From Amphiscolops sp. MND2022 (Eukaryota): a DNA stretch of 64,000 nt. The stretch lies in assembly GCA_964187785.1 (NCBI GenBank), contig OZ076420.1, positions 37,386,001-37,450,000 of the forward strand, given 5' to 3'. Position numbers and translations under genes: made by a program. Position 1 is the first letter of the stretch. Every line of letters starts with the position of its first letter. The notes under the pieces were generated by a model that worked only from the letters and a program-made list of their open reading frames with translations, was not told where the DNA came from and did not search any database. Below are positions 12,901-21,900 of the stretch, piece after piece.

Positions 12901-15900
12901 TGCGGAAGTCTGAGAACTTCAACCAAAGTTAGAAACTTTTTCGGCAACTGTTTAGTATTCACCTGCAATGCAGACAAAAATTCAACTACACTGATTCCTG
13001 TGTCTTGTTGGTCCAATAATATAGTATGATTGGTGTCATCTATTTTGGTTCGCTCACAATCTTCAATCTTCTTCAAAATTTGTCGTGATCTCTCAACTTT
13101 TCCGCCTGTGACACCAGATTCTAGTAAATTAGACAAAACTTGATCGGAGGGTTTCTGACGTGATTCGTTCACTTTTTCACTGCTTTTAGTGAGCTCCGTT
13201 TCTGTAGGATACCTTGAATTTAGATTCATCTGCGCCACTAGAGCCTCTTCTGATAACTGTTTTACTGGCTCAGAAACGTTCATATTTTGTTCTTGATGCA
13301 CATGTTGTGGATCTTGGCCGACGTTTGAAAGTATTTGTTGCTTTTGCTTTTCGCGACCGTCTGGCTTCTTTGCTTGTTGTTTCAAAGATATATATTCCTC
13401 GTGAGTAATGAGGATGAGATTGCGTAGGCTACTGATCGCTGTCATGGCACTTTTTCAAATGACTCTGAACTGATGGAAGGACTACTTTCAGCAACCGCAA
13501 CCCTCTGTCAGAGCCTAAAACTTGACGCTTTCTCTTCAAAGAAACTCGTTTCTTTGTGCAAATTGTCTCAATGTTGCTTTTTTCTCGTGACAATAGAGAC
13601 ATTTTTTCTCGCACGTTCTTTTCCAGCGAGACTTTCCCCTTTACTACGTTGAAAATGCAATCACAAAGAAATTTAATTATTTCGTCGGGACAATGGAGAA
13701 TCAAAAACTTTCTCAGAGTAGGTGAAAATTTTTGGTACAAACTAAGAGTATAATAATTTTGTAAATTCATCATTAATTGAAATGAAAAGTTGATCTGTAG
13801 CACAATGAAAATGAGTTGGTTCGTCTCCTGAGCAATGAGAGGAATATCTCAAATTTCTACTACTTCGAACATCTAGGTCGATCATCAAATGACCAAACGG
13901 GTGTTGCGTAGCCCTTTTATATGCCTTCATCAAAGTTGATCGCTCGCCCAGTTGACGTCCCAAGATTCCAATTTGTTCCAAATCTCGAGGGCTGTTGAAC
14001 AGAATCATCTGAGTGACATTCAGATCAATCGTCTTTGCGTTTTTCGACTGCTGGTAAAGATTATGTCGCAGTACCATTAAATGTACATTTTTATGTCGAC
14101 CTGCAATAACTAGGTCTAGAAACTCTTTAGTTTGAGCCGCTTCATCATACAAGTCATCAATAACAACCAAAGTTCTCTGCTTCAGGGCCTCACTTCGCTC
14201 CAGAACGTTCCACTCCAAACCTTGAACTAGTTCAAGATCGACAGCTTTAGTTGAACACCCAGCTTTAAGTTTTTCATAAGAATCTTGCCCGTGTTTGTAA
14301 AAGTAGATAATTCTATCGAAAAACGGTCGGAAAATTTTCTCCTGATTCGTAATCATCCTTCCAATTAAGTTTGTCTTGCCACATCCAGCGGGGCCAATGA
14401 TTGAAATGAAGCAATGCGGATTGGTGCTAATTCTCTTGTTCATGATTTCGGGCCGGGTATAACGTGACCAACGCAAGCTGAAAGAATTGCCAACACACCT
14501 GAGGCAAATTTGCTCTCTGCTTCACAAAGGGACAGAAATACAATACAGAAAAATATTACAGCGAGAATAATAACATAATGGATGCAAACTAGGACCAACG
14601 ATCTCTCGATGCGCGATTCACAACAGTCAAAATTGTATGGAGGTCTTTCTTCGTCTTTGTTGTTGAAAATAATTCTTTCCAAATTTGGAACAGACAAATC
14701 AGCGCAGTCAAGTTGGTCTTCTTGACTCCCGGAAAGGTTCAACGTCAACTCGCTACAATATCCACTGCTCTGACAGGTGTCCGTGTTGCTCATAACCGTT
14801 AGTGTTTGGAAGTTATGTTGCGACCGAACTCAAGGTGGTTCGAGAATTGGAATGAATGTTTAGAATGGGAATGCATCAAAGTGCTCCGGATGGAAAATTT
14901 TAACAAACGTCCAATAAGCTATCCCGGAGACATGTCCTAGGAGCATGTTGTTGCGGAAGGACTGTGTTTTCGTTATGGTGTAAACATAGCCGGGTCCAAC
15001 GTTCTCAAAACTTCTCATATAACCATGTGCATCATGAAAAATTGCATGCAATCGCAATATTTTTGAAAAATTGAAATAGTTGTCTAGTTTACTGTCTCCT
15101 GGTCCTATTTTCCCGCCAGAATGGGCTAAAACATTGACCTTTCTCAAATCAACATTTTCATCCAGATAACGGCACACTGCTAGGAATGCGTTTTTAGTGG
15201 TAGTGTTTCTTGGAAACAAATAATTTACGGCGTTGAAGTTCTCACAAATTTCTCTCGCTGAAAACATTTTTGCTTCGTGAAAAGAATTGTATTGGATCCA
15301 ACTGTTTTCTAGAAAAGTTTTTACAAAAATGAAGTATCAATTATAGTGTCTTCATTGAAGAGAGAAAATAATTGAGTGTTTCTGTTTTGGTCGTCTGGTG
15401 TTTCATGTAATGGTTGATAGAGACACTCGTAGCATGTGCATTGAGCATTTGAAACACCCAAGTCAATGTCCAACGTTCGGCTGTGCTCCGTAACGAAAAA
15501 TCGTCCAACCCCTCGCTGCAAAAGATCGATGTAGGATATAATTGTGTCTTTGAAAGGTGCATCACTTTTCTCGAGCTCCAATAGTTTCTGGAAAACGTAA
15601 AGAGCCTTTTCACTGTCGGCACAGTTTCCAAATGAATTGTTTTTCTCAAGTTCCCATAAAGATACAAAGCTGCAACCCAAACTCACACTCGTTTTCGCCT
15701 TTATCAGCTTCTGCATTTTTTCTCCTCTGACTACCAGTGATTCATCGCAGTAGATTGACGTTTCTGCTTTTGAAAAATTCTCAGGGTATGAGACGGTTAA
15801 TAGTTTGACTTTGGCATTGTGTACATTCGACAGTGTTTGAGAAACTGACTGCTTTATCAACTTCTCGCCTCCAGCTGAATGGGGAAGGTAGAGCAGAATG

Positions 15901-18900
15901 TGATAGTGATTTGAAGGCATCCACTGGCAGAAGTCCTCGAGTTGACCATCGCTATTTTCTTGGATGTTGTGCTTCCTGTAAAGGAACTGACAGTCATTTG
16001 AGCTGGTTAGCTTCTCGAGCATTTCGGCAACGCTCGATGGCATGCCTTGGTTACTTTCTTTCTGAGCTCTAGAACCGCTTGCGACCTTTTCAGTTTTTTC
16101 ATCAGTGGAAAATAGAAGAAGCCAATAGTTAGATGGTATTTCACGAAACACAGTCGTCATTTGAATTAGCTGCTGATTTGTAATGAAGGAATTTTATATT
16201 TGACGTTTTGGCGAACAGTTATCTGACTAATTGCGTCAGTATCTCAATTGGAAGTTTCCTAGGCACGTAGATAGCAACTGTCCCTAAAAGGAGAAATTTC
16301 ATAGAAATGATAGTTGTAGCTTTTTCTATTATTAGGCATTGATTGATGTCCTATGGCGTTTGTCTTCAGCTGATGAGAAATTTTAGTGGATTAGTCTTAT
16401 AGGCTGTAGGATGTCATACAACTAAGCATTAAGTGTAAAATGAAAAAGCAAGATACTGCCGCTCGTGTGTTTCTAGTTTCTCAGAACATGGAAGACTTCA
16501 TTCTGCCTTTATCAAAGTCTCTTTTTACATTTACTTACACTCCGTCATTGTTCCGCCAACGAAAGGTTAGTTTTCTTCAAATTCTCCTGCAAGTTTATGC
16601 ATGTTTACAGCTCTTTAGCTGAAATTCTTCGAAGATTCTCTTGCACTTTTTGGGCTCCCGCGTCGAGATTATCAGAAAAGTCTATTTTGACGTATAGTAA
16701 ATGAAATTTGACAGCCGAGTGATAAAATATACAAAATTTCACAGTTCAAACAAAATGATCTTTGACCTTTCTGACTTAGAAAATTTTCGGTTTGGGAGCC
16801 CAAAACGTGCATTGAAAATCTTCGAAAATTTTCAAAAGAGCCATAAACGTGCATAAACCCCCCCCGTCTATTACTACTAATATTCGAAGGGATACGCGAA
16901 GACTCGAAAACCAAATTTTCACCAACTGGAAACAACAAAGAACCCATTTTTTGAAAATATATTTTTTTCGTGATCTTTTGTTAAGCAAACTCTCATAGTG
17001 CTGAAAAAGAAGTTTCAAGCTCGCCATAGGCTTTCTCCAGTCGAAAATAATTATGAAAGTGAAGAGGTACATTTGACCAAACAAGATTTTTTTTAAGGAA
17101 AGTCGCACGGTGCCGAAAAATACCATAGGTCATTTCCACAGTTACGAGCTCTACCAATCCTAACAGATGGATTGAGGAAAAGTTTTGAATAAAACAACTG
17201 TTTCTGTTCTGGAAAAGTTTCCAACTCTCATTTGCAACCGTGACAAACTTTAGTGCTCTGGAAGATCCTCAAGGGAAACACTGAACTCTCCCACCGAGAA
17301 AATTAGTTTTTCGAAGGAAAACACTTTTCACCAGCAAAAGAAACACCAGTCAACTCCTGCAACTGTTAATGAAACTGACATGATCCAATCGGTCACATCG
17401 GCAAAAGTTCGAAATGCTATTAACTGAATCGAAACAGTATAACTTTCAACCCCGGTGGTTTTCATCTCAAGTTGCTGAAACCCTCTGGGCCTTTGATCCT
17501 ACGCAGGGAGGAGTTTGTTGAACTATTCTTAGCGGCCAGGATATAAATTTAGGGGAAAGGCAAACTCATTTTACAGGCGAATGAAGGTAGAAAGATCATC
17601 TACAGGAGGCCTAAAGTTATCGGCATATTATTTTTTCTTAGCCTCATTGGAAAACTTTTTGAATCCATTCTAGTTGAGAGAATAAACTTTACCACAATCA
17701 AAATTAACTTGCTAAGTGCTAGAAAAGTTGCTAAGTGCTGGAAAAAAGTTTACGCAGATACTATAAGATATTCACAGACAAACGATGCGAGAAATTCAAG
17801 ATAAAAGGCAGTTCATATATGGATAGACTTAGTCAAAGCTTCTGAATAAATTTCCTAACATTCAATTTTCTCGAATCTGGCGACGACGGAACGTCAGCAG
17901 TGCTCGTCAGTGTTTTTGTGTATTTTGTATTGCGATTTTATTGCGAGAACCTTAGTTGCGTAGGTACGGGTGTTCATTACTAACGCGAAAATTCTGCGTT
18001 GTTTCCTAATACACACTCCCACTGAAGAAACTCGTGGTTTCAATATCAAAAACCACGACTTTCTTCAGTGGGACTTTTCAGTGAAAAATGGTCGAATTTG
18101 TCATTATTAAACGTTGAATTAAACGAATTCATTGCATGATTCATTGCGAAAAGTTTCTGGTCTATTCTGTAACCTTTCATTTGTTTCAGCCAAGAGGAGG
18201 AGCATCTGAATTCGCTTGTGATCTTTTTCGTGCTCACTATTCTACTGCTTTGCATTTTCCTTGTCCACTTTCTCATTCGGTTCAAGTTGAATGTATTGCC
18301 CGAATCAATTGCAGTCATCTTCCTTGGAGCTATAGTTGGACTTGTTCTCAAGATATTGAACAGAAATAACATACTCGACCTCCAGGTATCTTCGTTTCCA
18401 TACAATTTCAACCTGCTTGACTGTGTATTCTGTTTTACATTTCTTTAAGTTAGTTTGAAGTGTTCACTTACTGCAAATGCGACTTGAAATTATCAACAGT
18501 GATGATAATTTGTATAAATCGCCTGTCTTCATGACCCTATTACCACGTTTTAAAACATTTTCGCATCACTAGAAATCTTATGACAAGTTTTATATTGGGC
18601 TTATTTGAGTACCTGGAAACTAACTTTCTCGTGAATCGACGTCCTTTGCTTCTGAAATTATCTGGGAGACCAAAAGGGTTCAAAAACATGCGCTAATTGT
18701 TTACAAAAAGTATCTGGAATTGAAAACGTATACTGGAATTCACTCAAGCCTCAAGGGTGTTCATCCTGTTTTTTGATCACTTACTAGTTTAATTGTTTGC
18801 TTACAAGTGCAGGTATTAATTTTGTTTGAATTGTAATTCAGTCCGTTCCCTTCTCTTGTAACTGTAGTGTCGCTGTTTCAGGATGCAGAGACCTTTAACC

Positions 18901-21900
18901 CCACCGTGTTTTTCCTGCTCTTCTTGCCTCCTATCATCTTCGAGGCCGGCTACTCCCTGCATAAAGGAAACTTCTTCCAGAACATCGGCTCCATTCTCAC
19001 CCTTGCCATATTTGGCACTGCTATCTCGGCCATGGTCATCGGAGCAGGTGTGTACGTTCTGGGTATCGCTGGACTCGTGTATGAGCTGAGTATAGTGGAG
19101 AGCTTTGCTTTCGGCAGTCTCATTTCGGCCGTTGACCCCGTCGCCACTTTGGCCATCTTCCAGGTACCTGGTTTTGTTGACTGTATTATGGAAAATTGAT
19201 TGCACTCGAGTAAATCGGTCGGCGCTTGATCAATGTGCAACTTTGCTCTGTTTTCCTTTTGCATGTCTGAGACAGTTGCCATGCTGAAATTGACGTGATG
19301 GTTTTTTGACATACGATACAAATCTCGATGAATGTGGTTGGCAGCCTTAAAAACATGAATTTCAACTAGGGTTTCATTGAAACTAGTGAAATTTATTGTG
19401 ATTTTTCGTCCGTAAACGAAATCACACTACATTTTCACTAGTTTCAATGAAACCCTAGTTGAAATTCGTGCATGTTTTAGAAGTTGCCAACTACTTTCAA
19501 GATTTTCTAAAACTTCTTCCGATAGTATGTAGCATGGGGAAAGTTCCGGCAGTCATGAAGTTCAGTTAATGAACTCTTTCAGCGTTTTAGCGATACTGAA
19601 ATAAATGGTTTTACTGTTATCGAGAAAAGCAGCGGTGATCAAATTTAATAAGACCCCTGCTTGCTTATTTCCTAGTTAATCAATCAGATATTTCTTCCCC
19701 GTTATCTCACTGAAAAAAAAAGTGGAACCCGTTAGTTGAATGTGTTTACAGGCTTTGGACATCGACCCAGTTCTGTACATGTTGGTGTTTGGCGAAAGTG
19801 TGTTGAATGACGCAGTGGCAATTGTCATGACAACCACCATTCTGTTGATGAGTCACGCGGACTATGCAGCCATGTCAGGAGTCTCGCTGCTCTTCTTCGG
19901 CCTAAAACATTTCATGGTCATGTTTTTTGCGTCCTCCTTCCTCGGCGCAGTGTTTGGGGCTGTTTCAGCCCTTCTACTCAAACATTTCGACTTGAGGTAA
20001 GACTATGAGCTGTTCACTTTTGGTGTGGACTGTTCAAACCATAGGTCGAGGTGTTTTACGGGTGAATTATTGTAGATTCTTTGATTATTCGGAATCAAAC
20101 ATTTTCTTTTACTGGTCGTCCTCTTTTTCAAAAAGTGCAAGTATTACAGTGTCAAGTTTTATTTTCTCCAGCTGTCACTGTAATGACCTCTTTTTTGTTC
20201 AGTTTGTTCAGCTTCGTTAGTAGTTTTATACCCTTCTGGAGCGAGTGTAAAATGCATCTTAGCACACAGATTACAAGGCATGAAGGTAACAAAGGGTCTC
20301 TTAGATCTTTTGTTGTTCAGTTAAGCAAAAGTCTCCATTAGTCCGAAAGCATTTTCAAAAGTATTTTTTTGCGCTTTTGAGCCTCAAGCGGGGCGCCGAC
20401 TTGGACCGTATCAAGTTTATTTTATTCTCTGATGAAAACTTACTTTGTTTGTTTGTTTACAAAACTCATTTTTTAAAAGCTAAGATTGTTCGGACAGAAA
20501 CGTCAGAATCAGCGCAAAAATATCTGGTTGCTTTCAACCCAAAGTGGCAAGCAACTTCAAATATAATTTAGCATCTACTGCAGAAGGTTCAGAAACTAAA
20601 AAAACTATAAAATGCGTGTATTTAATGTTTCATTTCATTGCTAATAAAATTGTGATCTAATCTCAATCCTGATTTGTAACCCTGTTTTAGCGACACCCCA
20701 TCCCTGGAGTTCGGTTTCATCCTCATCTTCGCATATCTGCCCTATGGACTCGCAGAAGGAATGCACCTCTCAGGGATCATGGCTGCTCTTTTCTGTGGCA
20801 TCACCATGTCGCATTATACCCATGTCAATCTGTCTCCCATGACGCAAATTACTGTCCAACAAGCCTTTCGCACGATGGCTTTCATGGCTGAAAATTGTGT
20901 ATTCGCATATCTCGGTCTTGGTAAGCCTCAAATTTGTTACTTCGTTATCTTCAACTGGCTTACGTTTAAAAGTCACGTCATGTTTTCTGACGTTTTAGCG
21001 ATCTTCTCGTTCCACCACCGTGTGGAAGTGGCCCTTATAGTGTGGAGTCTACTGTTGATCTTGGTCAGCCGTGCAGTCAATATCTTCCCTCTTTCCTTTA
21101 TCCTTAACTTCTTCCGCGACCACAAGATCACACGCAAGATGCAGACTATCATGTGGTTCTCGGGACTACGTGGGGCCATCGCCTTCGCTTTGTCCCTCTT
21201 CCTCAACTTCGGAAACGACAAACACGAAGTGATCAAAACCACAACTCTCATCATCGTTCTTTTCTCAACCCTCATTCTAGGAGGTTGGTATCACTGTTAC
21301 TTGCCATCCTTCATTATGATTCCAAGTCCTCTTGGGTATTAGCTAGTGGATCCTTCCTATTAAATGCTCATTTTGTATGATCCCATCACGTTTTTTTGTT
21401 GAAAATGTATCAGTATCAGATGCAATGCTGAGAACCACATGTAATCAAGGTTCTTGTGGGTTTTTGCAAAACCTTGTGACTCTCATTGAGAAAACTATTG
21501 TTTTAATGCACAGATGAACTGATATTTTTGACAATAAAATAGCAGAAATCTGGTGTTTAATTTAAAAACAATTCAATCTTGAGATTAGCGATCAGTGGTT
21601 TTCAGAATACTATCGGCGTCTCTTGGTACTGTCAAATTCGGAAAAGTTTTTTAATTTTCGGACTGTCCGACGAAATGGACTGCAACTCAAGCGGTTAGCC
21701 GTTGTTTAGAAAAGCGGAATAAGCGAAAAGCGCACATCCAAAAGGCGAGCGTAACGATTAACGAATTTTCATTACCGAGTCAATACACTGGTTGAGATTT
21801 TTTGCTCTGTATGAACTGAAGATAAAACCTGCGTTTTGATTCATTATTACAATCCTTTGAACAGTTGCGCATGAGTCCCTTTATTTAATATGTCATCTTT

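Larger units (their letters stand above)
2637..16878. mobile_element. Complete Polinton/Maverick (adintovirus-like endogenous dsDNA virus), 14,242 bp
   Basis: Termini AGTAGT...ACTACT, ~184-bp TIRs, perfect 6-bp TSD AATATT (2631-2636, 16879-16884). Encodes pPolB, integrase, ATPase, protease and two capsid proteins. Confidence 0.97.
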
